Shown in pieces: positions 19,501 to 26,324 of a DNA stretch of 64,000 nt. The DNA is taken from the IMG/VR virus record IMGVR_UViG_3300032397_000001. The stretch is one strand, 5' to 3'. Every line of letters begins with the position of its first letter. The stretch's first letter is position 1. Source of the stretch: a virus. The notes beneath the pieces were generated by a model. The model was not told where the DNA came from. It ran no database searches and was given only the letters and a program-made list of their open reading frames with translations. The translations under genes and the position numbers were made by a program.

Positions 19501-20858
19501 ACAGCCCGATCACAGGAGAAACCTCTGGTGCCATTATAACTTCTTTTCTGAGTACAGTCTTAGGAGCAGCTAGTGGATATTTGCTAATTTCAAGTATGAC
19601 AGGTAATTTCATAGATGGCGAACGCTTAAGGGTTGGTGGGAAATACACTGCAAATGTTGAGGGGGCTGATTTTAGTATCCTTGCAGTTGGTGGTAATATT
19701 GAAGGAAGATCTTCAGGAAGTACAGGAACCATTACTTCTGTAACAGAGTTAACAAAGCATACCGCAAGAATTCAACTTAATAATGTAAAGGCGAAAACGA
19801 GTTATGATGACCCGTTCAATCCCTGGTATTATTCTTCTACACCTCCAGGATTTCAGAATAGTGAAATCCTGAACATAGTTTACAGATCTTCATATGATCC
19901 CCAAGAACCATTGAGAGGATACATTTACAAAACGTATTCAGGGACCATTTCAAGTATCACACAATACTGGTTTAGAGATAGATATTATGCTCTCAAATCT
20001 GATGGAACTGTTTGGTCTTGGACAATGGATCGCGAAACTCTTGAAGTTATAGAATCTCTCCATCAAATTCCAAAATTGATTAACATAGAAGAGATTCATA
20101 TAGGCCCACCTAATGTTGCAATCAACACAGATAGAAGAGCATATTATTTCAGAGGGTCTGATAGCATTGGTGAATATGTTATACTAATCCCTCGCTTGGG
20201 GCAAATTAAAACTGTTTCTTGTGGCGGTGTTAGTGATCCTGTGCAGGGATATTATCGACAAGGCATAGCTATCGATTATGATAATAAGGTTTATCGCTTT
20301 ACAGAGTGGTTGGGCGACACTCTTGCAGATCAGTGGGATGTGTATTGGAAAAGATTCTTCCCTGTTGAAATCACTGAACGATTATACGATACAATTCGAA
20401 GTGTATTTGGATCTGCTAACATTGAAAGTATTCAATATGTATCTGACAGATATTGGGCATTCGTTGATCAAAAGGGCAAACTATATCACTTACAGAACTC
20501 ATTACAATTTCCTTATTCAGAAACAACTCCTGCTTTTACTGAGTTAGTTAAGTATTGTGATTACTTGTATTATGGTGAGAAGGGAGAATGGGTCTTTACA
20601 TTAGACTTATCAAAGGTGGGTAAGATTGGATCTTTCAATCTTGGTGGGTCTATCACAAACAAATATTACAGAATTTCACATGATAGAGGACAAACATGGA
20701 GTGATTGGGTTAATGGATATGGATTGGAATTAATCCTTTGGGTAGGATTGGAAGTGTATGATTCTTTACTGCAAATAAAGTATAGCCTCGAAGTTGACCC
20801 AGATGATTGGACTCAAAGTGCAGAACTCAACCTGGATATAGAAATTCAACCAGAATGA
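7518..20858 (+). CDS. Giant 4446-aa virion/tail-associated protein: RCC1 blades, Asp-box (BNR) propellers and >25 copies of a ~70-aa beta domain in nested order
   Basis: RCC1 motifs (GDNQYGQLG, ALKSDGTVW), SxDGxxW boxes, repeat LxYDNLQ..F.VGD.V.G..SGA.A.V...G.L.L....G.FQDNE.L.V....A..NG. Confidence 0.85.
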   Translation: MSEEKILRNIQEMVIKLPELEFDPDINSGVDQWINTTEKVLKIRDAVGGTTNFPLDEIPATGSPIILKGPDIFSVGEHWGLEQHIVDPSNLVEGYYLTLERKAPEMSRTVAGINHSLALDVQGKVWSWGKYQEYNGELEVNEKTGQLGNPSYNGNPLPMHDGFNEGLFVTDAVDFFVGQDHSYIKRKDNSWWYCGKRSFEGVYSVAGNGESFCIILPNVDYVLIKKIYNVDREAGWVKRPLPVKADWRVIGFIPTHFTLDYINQLEPFQKGDVVTGVTSGAIATIDSGALQGNYIDSGSLIVKNRIPNLDFQSDETLRVGSADKATVKISASYRGFFSKGTFCTLAYNSDVAVYSEDGKEWVQVTLPISGKWIDCCYTENYFLAISEEGYVIKTSDGINWSFLALNIVQPEKSLAYNNLQTGKSFAVNDVVIGHSSGITAIVADVVPDQAELNYDGAPVAAVQYYKDMLYSRLEYDNAQPVTGDVYKGFDAGQILVGETSGASAVIKYSFRATATIGVVYVDDIHGIFEDDEILLVANEYVANVNSTTSAIRSFKIGDTVKGKWSGTVGAVASSQPLGPTGWLTLIDIAGTFQDIEPLIRNDDGFEFCKADLETLPISIFYKGDVVKGVLSNAHARVVENYYTGILSYDTLQDGKSFNVDDIVYGGTSGTTGKITLVDAPNKKLTLETVLGSFQDNEHLLVDNDFIAKVNGKLIVTSGKLVVDKIVGSFINNEHLEVKSIYLADVDGTLMFKSGILSLGSVSGSFQDDEQLYISGEHVANANGISEDWVGGPITWQTIIGKYHTVIALAKNSSIAVRSTNQGQSFSRVSVPIKRDWASSIACWCPGQINQDSLYFLVFAEGSREYLRSQDGSSWKVYVFSTAGEIGFDTLQYRDWQSGTVKGETTLFAASLTYEKEDSIDRYAGQLTVELDYDTLLSYNSKKSERYVADEKLLSGPSELYVADADGTITGITAFLYVNQCARALRIPFKNGVPALVNALSPGDVLIENISGKSVTLSGIDKRERLTYKNGRQSLSQTSDFHITGKWSGAKASVREIETFYSKTLGYKDLLEKGTLKYDHLESGRSFSPSDTITGQSSGATASVLDMYITEVSVSGILTIGSVSGLFENNEKLLVGGITIAESNGIYKKGFSRGDWVVGRDTGSRGYIIDCDETSSSTGVLKLVQIEGDFDWEDVEEELSVNTLPGVIIATSTGVASDRSEGRLVIADRIGTFIVGEPLVIDEWKTYFADVDQVTQGVFGKLFYQKIDKLDIYGTDGSGNIKRVKGCLHYDNLQPLRNFFIGFIVIGNTSGKTFTVTAVFEDPRTGFEKCGYLFGDEASITEINGMIENEPLRGRVNHFANFDCVDWDELETIFLTNEWAPDFTFYRKNFQEVNEHVCDCEQWSPQVVNPFRRYDIITGNTETARILTSEISSPAAEVSPGTFRALDIEACLYVDQVSGALSGTVIVEDVITGAVCQLGPQMQSKYPSASEIMDPVYGLVKYKNKKGKEFEVADIITGVSSGTRAVITDISDYVALREGWQFYHELAEIGRINFDNIQTGRSFHVNDWVLGNSSKARAEVSYVFDSGNVHVLFLSDFARTQLFYDHLQSGKYFLVGDVIVGATSEARAIVTHIFSDSIGLSSIWGTFQNDEHLQVNGIYIADVNGVLWENLEFLDDEHLYVDGIYIANVNGSIQYGFQEGDGIEVVDKYGTEDPVLPVGQFVDHFKENRGYFILEQQGELLGPVVEVPYKNLIAGEDFDVGFDVVGEESGARGTVLEHEPEVGDLHFFDLEGGASFDIGDQVECRYSGASGKVLNKFSYVTLDYDNLQPDKGFYVDDHVTGMSTAVTGTVQAVIGHQTVNALSFDNYQGVREFYPGEHVIGNTSSAKALIQKVERTGLVGVLWLVSIDGVFQNNEHLHVGNDLYLADTDGIISTTYGYGSLYIKNASGTFVNDEHLNTSHGYIAIVNGAPINNDSGGLLVGNVSLGRGFNCRLLNESIDGEALKGEYSGGIVTVSDSIRAQFLSFKNYQKLAGKVFNVGTLIRGFTSNAEAIILYVDESSLKLRLIDVEGTFQDNEKLLVDDEHVANADGTLWDTLIVDYVNKLNYKSLQPGQVFHISDIVSGATSHQTSIVEYVEDHGGGTGTLVVSNYTGIYIKNENLKVNNVIIATCNTFSIIGDLDVNKTIIGVDSGATALVKEIDPQCWTRILELSCMTSVSYSGTYRDRDNNYAKFGLYELLTSASPDHWGTSYTLATCSGGMSGPLYEVQGVGQVANLSVLSVAVTHPRDGLLLLRNITDTFQNGEFLTVDGYVVAKTRGLVTKETPYGRVLLSEAKKYHTLEPNEWLMSDDDRACAIESNQFFSQNFKHGEAVYIDDVKKARVLYKPQYHFGRLILDDTKGFFHDGETLSLDKGIITFDNLQSGANFKIDGIVRGIDSLAFATLVDYSVDEANKSGSLYLGDIHGEFEIDEEIHIEGSYVGDVASLVDYHNVAIVNAGARGAFIYLSGTLHGWDTTPLLQFFSEEDPPYWMPSEPPAYLYINGVQFAVITSATEMNKGAYLNINNIEGIFEDGEWLEVDGVYIASAKRFGRQICFTPSGQVVQFEDDYERRNWKNATWSRQKGLFLLSEETMENYGSLFIYNLQIHRRCFQGDIIEGETSGAQAEVVGYEVGLDYIVIYKLNDIDFQSKERLFVGDYYIADVFDGDSSDFMVTTSSIQGLMLKQLGINVQGTSWTPDNDVKDFLWTGISTVSPDAPIGLTVAQVTSHLSNYPAEVVHPFDLMPGLDPDETLLDQGWPNYEGMKKLVNSPYLGDLCLMNNGDVWTRGAELFKWSAVAYNSTIFVAFGLNSDKVARGYFEDVLEDELKLKFYERVSAQNFDVGDTVVGHTSGVSGIVSVGTYPTTEPFPDPRSLKAAYIEFQPGTVSGDFLESELLYKNGKQIARVEHWLKTIDKSKLRSSVTYYNLPSSKAWSSVVWNGSVFCAVARNSDSAATSSDGITWLARTLPVIADWNLIVAHGSTLIAFIYQSKTYAVSSDNGVSWGTYSTLPAVGNWSAGASSGSKLVVFSENSNLVVVTTNLVSWTSNGLPYGGLYWSSVVWNGSVFCVVARNSPFVVTSSDGNTWTHVGTFHDINGANSIIAVGSTLYVEYWKSIDNGITWTNVLESSWDSLPIGDTLIGTIYRQADLSDHKKNSLVFICNDGVVKASSLYEYIHCDTVTVTINNDDLDDYTTEAGEWLQITELDNIVDIAAGNKHFLFLDSDGAVYAMGDNQYGQLGNNSTVDSLYPTQITQLASMLIEKIFSEGNKCWGINDSGNVYAWGENQYGELGLNPSLWPVRGPLISTFLQDSIIITESYALKSDGTIWSLEDRKQLWAFIGSCSDLSQKDDEVNFVGSDRMLWTLSESGIPLQKFGERTSVIDMSKAPSDYQALVFDNNTIWGRRCILTGSGEVSEFIWRGDNIIKALIGRHMNLQYFSSQPPGQEARFNSAFSQYCFFLKEDGTVWAKTLLLYDSEEITESYNKAYLGTTDIAFSLISTNGKMLHFNTCLDWEYNLDKPHGQFMLANIPTGIEDVGFTSEVFFGIKSGFTNRGYVSRDGFSWDEVILPFTGDWIIAHYDRIDHYISGIFGGTEYDSYSDMKWGIPLVILARGQGTVLHSEDGVRWNGYFITPIIEQWKKVIAAKEFLESEYATEAHSCTYFAIVDGSVNYFYMSTNIKKWVKKTLPITATWIDLIHIKINNATENVTAFLASDQNKIIYYDWNTGTCTTINLPTRPTGSTWKSLARTYSAQLAALPSKGNKAAVCNYVSSPTTWSECTLPHNATSWNVVLGWTDKKFIIVSIADNKAYVSENAWSGNLPVESSWVEFSLPAGASSYSYVGASRFTPLGLPSILRNHTKTPVQLEGLTGITQISFLYAAYNVHNEKYYGFPVSGMFPMVIKNDGTVWIWSPIELQPRQLTGLTNISQIGVDDEGSADVLAEVVVTAKRIVYYKKKQVGRSFYSPITGETSGAIITSFLSTVLGAASGYLLISSMTGNFIDGERLRVGGKYTANVEGADFSILAVGGNIEGRSSGSTGTITSVTELTKHTARIQLNNVKAKTSYDDPFNPWYYSSTPPGFQNSEILNIVYRSSYDPQEPLRGYIYKTYSGTISSITQYWFRDRYYALKSDGTVWSWTMDRETLEVIESLHQIPKLINIEEIHIGPPNVAINTDRRAYYFRGSDSIGEYVILIPRLGQIKTVSCGGVSDPVQGYYRQGIAIDYDNKVYRFTEWLGDTLADQWDVYWKRFFPVEITERLYDTIRSVFGSANIESIQYVSDRYWAFVDQKGKLYHLQNSLQFPYSETTPAFTELVKYCDYLYYGEKGEWVFTLDLSKVGKIGSFNLGGSITNKYYRISHDRGQTWSDWVNGYGLELILWVGLEVYDSLLQIKYSLEVDPDDWTQSAELNLDIEIQPE

Positions 20859-22465
20859 AAAGATACTACGACGATAGAGAATCGGTTACATCAGGGGAAA
20901 GAACGTCTGCTTTGATTCCTCAAACTCCTATTGTTATTGAAATACAACGAATTCCCGAATTTGATACTGATCCTGAAATCCCTATAGGATACAAAGAAAT
21001 AGTTGCACCTAATATGTGGTTCAACCGAACTGAGAAACGTATCAAGGTTCGCTCACCTTCAGGTAATGTTTACTTTCTGAAATCAGGACCGAAAGACGTT
21101 GTGACAGGAGAACCTTATTACTACTCATCTGGCGGCGGAGGTGAAATCCCCACTGAATGGAGTAGTAATTTGATGTATCCCAATGAAAGATATGGAACAA
21201 CTGTATATGATGGTGACTCCCCGCCCAATAAATGGGATTTTTTACATCTTAATGATGGAGAAATTTCAGAGCTCGTTCTTATTACTGATCCTGGAGACGG
21301 GTTTATCTTTTATTTCAAAGAGGCTCAACATATTCAAAAGGCTCGTTTTTACGATTTATATGATGATCTTACTACCGAAACGTTTAAGTTACAAGGATAC
21401 GATGTAAGTTGGGAAGATCTTGTAACTGCTATTCCGTGTCAACTAGGATGGCAGGAAGTTACTTTTGCGACTGCTAAAAGTTATAGAGAGTATCGTTTAC
21501 TATGTGAGAGTGATGAACGACAGTTTGGTTGTACTGAATGGGAAATGTATAAAGGTGCTGTAACAGGCGTAACTTGGTCATATGAGAATTTTACATCTGA
21601 GAAAAGTGAGACTGATTGCCAACCTATTGCTCATTTGCTTCCTGGAAGTGCTTGTGGTAATGCGTATGATGCTAACACAGTTACCGCGACACAGTTTAAA
21701 TTGACAGTAAATACATATGGTGATGCTCCTTGGTGGACTGCGCAGTTTGCTACACCTATACGAGTTGATAAGATACGAGTTTACAAATTTCATGTTGACT
21801 ATGCTCCTGATACGTGTTACATGGAAATAATGAAAGACAAAGACACTATTTATGGCATATCTTCTGCAGTGTTAGTTAGAGATATCCCATCAAGTGTAGA
21901 TTGGGAAGAGAGTGTATTTGTTGATGATAGCCCATTTATTTGCCCCATTTATGGATTGGCCTGCCGAGTTCGATCTCAAGGGTATATTGCCACCAAAAAT
22001 CAAACGGCTAGTTTATATGAAGCAGAATTCTACAGAGCAACTCCTGGTTACACTTATGGTTCAAATATTTGTATCAGTGCAAATGGTGCGATCTCAGGTT
22101 CAGGTGAATGCTCAAACACAGCTAACATCATAGATGAGAATGGTACAACTTATGGGCGAACAAATGTCGATGGTGCTGAACAGTATGGCTGGATTCAGTT
22201 TACTTTTAGTGTAGCAAAGCAGATTCAGAAAGTCAAAGCATACAAATTAAATCATGAGTGGAGTCCAGGTTCAGGGTTTGAGATAAGAGCTTATGATAGT
22301 GAAAGTGGGTTGTGGGAATTACTAGTTATGAGAATTCCTGAGTTTAATGGGTGGGGTGAATATGAATTCGAAAACAACAAGAGTTATACACAGTATCGAA
22401 TACATAGTAAGAGTGGATATGACACATTAATTTGCTACTCTTTAGAAATGTATGAACGGACATGA
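20855..22465 (+). CDS. Protein with three tandem discoidin/F5-8-like (carbohydrate-binding) domains; probable receptor-binding protein
   Basis: ATGA overlap at 20855; three repeats with F..A..I.K.R.Y and E.EMY-type ends. Confidence 0.6.
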   Translation: MKRYYDDRESVTSGERTSALIPQTPIVIEIQRIPEFDTDPEIPIGYKEIVAPNMWFNRTEKRIKVRSPSGNVYFLKSGPKDVVTGEPYYYSSGGGGEIPTEWSSNLMYPNERYGTTVYDGDSPPNKWDFLHLNDGEISELVLITDPGDGFIFYFKEAQHIQKARFYDLYDDLTTETFKLQGYDVSWEDLVTAIPCQLGWQEVTFATAKSYREYRLLCESDERQFGCTEWEMYKGAVTGVTWSYENFTSEKSETDCQPIAHLLPGSACGNAYDANTVTATQFKLTVNTYGDAPWWTAQFATPIRVDKIRVYKFHVDYAPDTCYMEIMKDKDTIYGISSAVLVRDIPSSVDWEESVFVDDSPFICPIYGLACRVRSQGYIATKNQTASLYEAEFYRATPGYTYGSNICISANGAISGSGECSNTANIIDENGTTYGRTNVDGAEQYGWIQFTFSVAKQIQKVKAYKLNHEWSPGSGFEIRAYDSESGLWELLVMRIPEFNGWGEYEFENNKSYTQYRIHSKSGYDTLICYSLEMYERT

Positions 22466-23517
22466 GAATTTTAGAAGTACCTTCTCCGGGTTGTACTGTC
22501 GTCCCTGAAGAAAGAATTCATTTAAATGCAGTACAACCCGGAGCAGTTGAAATTATGGTTTCATTATTTGTTCAGGGCTTTCGAGAATATAATCATGATT
22601 GTGATGTGTATGTAGTAAGTCACTCTCCTTACACACAGTTTCGTAATGTAAGAAATTTATATCCTCTACGAACTAATTTCATTGAGTGGGATCAATTTAA
22701 TAATCTCTTGATTGATACAGTTTTAGATCATCCTGAGATTGATATAATACATTTACATGCAACAGGTTGCGCTCAGTCCTCACGATGGATAGAAGTCAAG
22801 AAACCAGTAATAATGACGTGGCATGATCCTCCACTTCTTTTCGATGAGAAAGAATCAATATTAAACATTTCAAAAGTGATGAGACATAAGAAAGTAACTC
22901 CTGTATCCATAAGTCACTTTCAGAAGCAAGTTGGGAGTACAATCAATTCTGGTATTGCCAAGATTCCTACAATCTATAATGGAATAAATATACATCAATA
23001 TAGTCACACAAAAGCAAGAAGCAATAGATATTTTTCAATGGGAAGAGTTGTCCCTGAAAAAGGATTTGATATTGCTGTTAATACATGTATTAAGGCAGGT
23101 GTACAATTGGATATTGCAGGGTTCATTCATTCTCCTGAATTCTTTGAAGAGAAAGTGAAACCCAAAATTGACAATGATAATATAAAGTATCATGGAGTTG
23201 TATATGGTAATATCAAACGAAACTTATACCAAACATGTAAAGCTTTTCTGAATCCGATTCGATGGTCTGAACCCTTTGGCTTAACATTGGTTGAAGCGTT
23301 AGCTGCTGGCGCTTCTATTATTGGGTTTGCCCGTGGTGCTGTATCAGAAGTTGTTGGTAATTGTGGTGTTTTTGTTCAGTCTGAAAAACACTTGGTGGAA
23401 GCTCTTCAACAAGGAATGCCAAAAATTAGTCCAACAAAATGTCGAGATCGTGCAGAAAAATTCTCTTATGAAAAAATGTGCAAAGAGTATTTAAACCTTT
23501 TTGGAGGTTTAATGTAA
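22462..23517 (+). CDS. GT4 (GT-B) glycosyltransferase
   Basis: IYNGI, MGRVVPEKG, EPFGLTLVEALAAG. Confidence 0.92.
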   Translation: MRILEVPSPGCTVVPEERIHLNAVQPGAVEIMVSLFVQGFREYNHDCDVYVVSHSPYTQFRNVRNLYPLRTNFIEWDQFNNLLIDTVLDHPEIDIIHLHATGCAQSSRWIEVKKPVIMTWHDPPLLFDEKESILNISKVMRHKKVTPVSISHFQKQVGSTINSGIAKIPTIYNGINIHQYSHTKARSNRYFSMGRVVPEKGFDIAVNTCIKAGVQLDIAGFIHSPEFFEEKVKPKIDNDNIKYHGVVYGNIKRNLYQTCKAFLNPIRWSEPFGLTLVEALAAGASIIGFARGAVSEVVGNCGVFVQSEKHLVEALQQGMPKISPTKCRDRAEKFSYEKMCKEYLNLFGGLM

Positions 23518-23801
23518 TGATATTCAAGAGACCTAAGTCAGCCACCGCCTTGTTTGAGCGTATATATAAACTGCTCGAGGAAATAAATGTAAATATCAAA
23601 CAGATGCATCATGTATCTGTAATTGAGAAGAAAACTCTCGAGAAGGTTGAAAGCTTTGTCCCATCGATAAAAGCTCCTAACGTTGATATTCATGTTGAAT
23701 TACAAAAGGGAGTTACCACAAAAGATGTAGATTCAAGGACTTCGCAATTAAAAGGTGTATACGAAGTTTCATTTAAAGGGTCGCCTAATGAGATAAAGTA
23801 A
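23517..23801 (+). CDS. Small hypothetical protein upstream of the actin-like gene (candidate adaptor)
   Basis: TAATG coupling at 23515-23519 with SD GGAGG; helical N-terminus. Confidence 0.6.
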   Translation: MIFKRPKSATALFERIYKLLEEINVNIKQMHHVSVIEKKTLEKVESFVPSIKAPNVDIHVELQKGVTTKDVDSRTSQLKGVYEVSFKGSPNEIK

Positions 23802-23824
23802 CATTTATTTAAGAGGTTAACTTA

Positions 23825-24820
23825 ATGAAAGAGCAACCTATCGGTTTAGATATTGGAACTATGTTTCTGGTAAGTGCAGAGAAATCCGGCGATGGTCAGA
23901 TCACATTTTCTAAGTTGAGAAACATGTTTCTTCGAGTGGATGATCCAATGTCTTTGGATTTATCTAAAATATCTCATGCTATTATAGATAATGAATTGTT
24001 CATCTTATCTGAGGATGCTTATAGTTTGCCTTCTATTTTAGGGCACCGCGTAGATCGCCCTATGGTACATGGGTTCATTAATCCTACAGAGATTAACTCA
24101 CTCGATGTTCTTTCCACAATGATTAAACGGTTAATTGGAACTTGTGAGGGCAACTTTCCTTGTTGTTTTTCTGTTCCTGGTAACCCCATTGATTTAGAAG
24201 CAAACGTCCTTTATCATAGAAAAGTTTTAGAGCGTATCGTTAAGAGCTTAGGATATAATCCTATCCCTTTAAATGAGGCTGCTGCTATCGTTCTTTCGGA
24301 GTGTGATAATTTTAATGGTATAGGAATCTCTTTTGGCGCGGGCGCTACAAACGTTGCTATCACATATAAGGCTATTCCTGTATTTGATTTTTGTGTTGTT
24401 CGTGGAGGAGATTGGATTGATGAGAATGCAGCGAATGCTACTGGTACAATACCAAGTAGAATCACTTCTCTTAAAGAAAGACATATAGATCTATCAAATT
24501 TTGAGCAGGGTGAGAAACGTGAACGAAGGATTCGAGAGGCTGTTGTTTATTACTATGCTGAACTCATTAGATATACATTGAATACAATTATGAAGGAATT
24601 AGTAAGAAGAACAGAGAAGCTTAATTTACCTGATGAGATCCCTTTGGTGGTTTCAGGAGGAACATCTTTAGCTCAGGGATTCATGACGCTTTTCAATCAA
24701 CTCTTGGATTCCTATCGAAGCAAGCTTCCGTTCAAACTGTCAGAGGTTAGACAAGCAAAAGATCCTCTGAATGCTGTTGCTGAAGGTTGCTTAATAAGAG
24801 CTTTAGTGCAACTAAAATGA
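23825..24820 (+). CDS. Actin-like ATPase (MreB/MamK/ParM superfamily)
   Basis: Phosphate-1 IGLDIGT, connect-1 LNEAAA, phosphate-2 SFGAGATN, adenosine VSGGTS, connect-2 DPLNAVAEG. Confidence 0.88.
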   Translation: MKEQPIGLDIGTMFLVSAEKSGDGQITFSKLRNMFLRVDDPMSLDLSKISHAIIDNELFILSEDAYSLPSILGHRVDRPMVHGFINPTEINSLDVLSTMIKRLIGTCEGNFPCCFSVPGNPIDLEANVLYHRKVLERIVKSLGYNPIPLNEAAAIVLSECDNFNGIGISFGAGATNVAITYKAIPVFDFCVVRGGDWIDENAANATGTIPSRITSLKERHIDLSNFEQGEKRERRIREAVVYYYAELIRYTLNTIMKELVRRTEKLNLPDEIPLVVSGGTSLAQGFMTLFNQLLDSYRSKLPFKLSEVRQAKDPLNAVAEGCLIRALVQLK

Positions 24821-24828
24821 TTTTTTAA

Positions 24829-24863
24829 TGCCCCTTTTAAAGTTCTAAAAAATATTATATAAT
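24829..24863 (+). promoter_or_regulatory. Phage promoter motif copy 3
   Basis: TGCCCC 24829-24834, TATAAT 24858-24863, intergenic. Confidence 0.75.
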
Positions 24864-24917
24864 ATAATCAAAGAAATAAAAATAGCTTAATTGTGCCCCA
24901 AATAAAGGTTAACCTGT

Positions 24918-26324
24918 ATGTACTTAGAGGTTAATAATACATTCACTTTCGCAAAAGAAGGTGATATCCCAATACATCTGCTCAAGATCTTCAACTTTTT
25001 CCTCCGCAATGATCTTTACTTGATGCGAAGACTCCCCAACCTTCCCGTGAAACGTAAGTCGATTTATTTCCCTCAATGGAAGTGCTTCTTTACAGGCGCC
25101 CTGCCTTTACTCATTCAGCAGTATCCATGTCGAATTGTTGACGCTAGAAAAAAGCCTGATATTGACAAAACTAAGATAAATCCTCCAGATTGGCTACGCC
25201 CATTTCAAAAGACAGCATTTCAGAAAATGCTCGATCGTGAACGAGGTATTATTCGTCACACTACAGCAACAGGCAAAACATATCTTGCAGCCTCTTGGGT
25301 TCAAGCTGTTCCTGTTAACCATTTAATTTTGGTACATATACGAGAAGTTTTTAAGCAATTTCAGGAACGCCTTGAAGATACATTAGGTGAAGAATTTGAT
25401 GCAATTGGATCGGGTGTTGAAGATTATAAAAACAGACGTGTGTGTTTAGGAATGATTGAATCTATAGAGCCTAGGATGGCTCGTAAAGAATTTGATATCA
25501 TGCATTATGACTCAATCCTTGTAGATGAATCACATCATACAGGGTGGGGCTCTAGATATGTAAACGTTTTGGCTCATGCTGATAATGCCTATTTCAGATT
25601 TGGGTTAACAGGAACTCCTAAACGGGAAGCAGGTGATAGCATAGTTCATATGGGCTTAATCGGCCCCATCATACATGAGTATCGATATGTTGATGCAGTT
25701 GCAGATAAATACATTACTCCTGTAACTGTGTATTCTATTCATAATTGTAAGTATACTGGTATTATTCCTGCTATAGAGCCATACCATATCTTTTATAAGG
25801 ATATGATTGTTAATAACCCTGAACGTAACAAATTGATTGGTGACATTGCAATAGTACTTCTTGAGTCAAATATTAGTACATTAATATTAGCTAAAGAGAT
25901 TATTCATCAGGAAAACCTGTTGGAAATAATTCGTCAGGGATTAATTCATAAAGGTGTTCCTCTTGCAGATGTGTCACGTAAAGTAGATATAGTTCACGGA
26001 AAGGATCCAGAACGATATCAGAAGAAGAAAGACTTTGAGAATGGTATAATAAAGTGTTTAATCACAACTACATTGTACGATGAAGGTATAGATATACATA
26101 GAATTGGTGCTGCAATTCTTGCTGCTGGAGAGCGCTCTGAGCGTGCGTTATTACAACGAATAGGAAGAGGTCAACGCTTAGATGAAGGCAAGAAGGTACT
26201 TTTAGTATTTGACTTTTTAGATGGATTCAGTCAGAAAACTAAAGATCATGCGAAGCAACGACTGAAGGCTTGTATTAGTGAAGGTTATAAGGTGGAAGGT
26301 TTACAACCGGGGAGACAGTATTAA
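24918..26324 (+). CDS. SF2 DNA helicase, UvsW-like
   Basis: LRPFQ Q-motif, TATGKT, DESH, GLTGTP, DEGID, QRIGRGQR. Confidence 0.9.
   Translation: MYLEVNNTFTFAKEGDIPIHLLKIFNFFLRNDLYLMRRLPNLPVKRKSIYFPQWKCFFTGALPLLIQQYPCRIVDARKKPDIDKTKINPPDWLRPFQKTAFQKMLDRERGIIRHTTATGKTYLAASWVQAVPVNHLILVHIREVFKQFQERLEDTLGEEFDAIGSGVEDYKNRRVCLGMIESIEPRMARKEFDIMHYDSILVDESHHTGWGSRYVNVLAHADNAYFRFGLTGTPKREAGDSIVHMGLIGPIIHEYRYVDAVADKYITPVTVYSIHNCKYTGIIPAIEPYHIFYKDMIVNNPERNKLIGDIAIVLLESNISTLILAKEIIHQENLLEIIRQGLIHKGVPLADVSRKVDIVHGKDPERYQKKKDFENGIIKCLITTTLYDEGIDIHRIGAAILAAGERSERALLQRIGRGQRLDEGKKVLLVFDFLDGFSQKTKDHAKQRLKACISEGYKVEGLQPGRQY

Noticed and set aside
16424-20020. Near-identical nucleotide stretches in the giant gene (16424/16793; 17570/19985) as a possible DGR template/variable pair or CRISPR repeats
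   Set aside because: They are short, in frame and encode propeller-blade duplications; no reverse transcriptase, adenine-specific mismatch pattern or regular spacing seen
5613-24899. Extra TGCCCC hits (5613, 24894 and several inside genes)
   Set aside because: No TAnnnT element 23 nt downstream, so not counted as promoter copies
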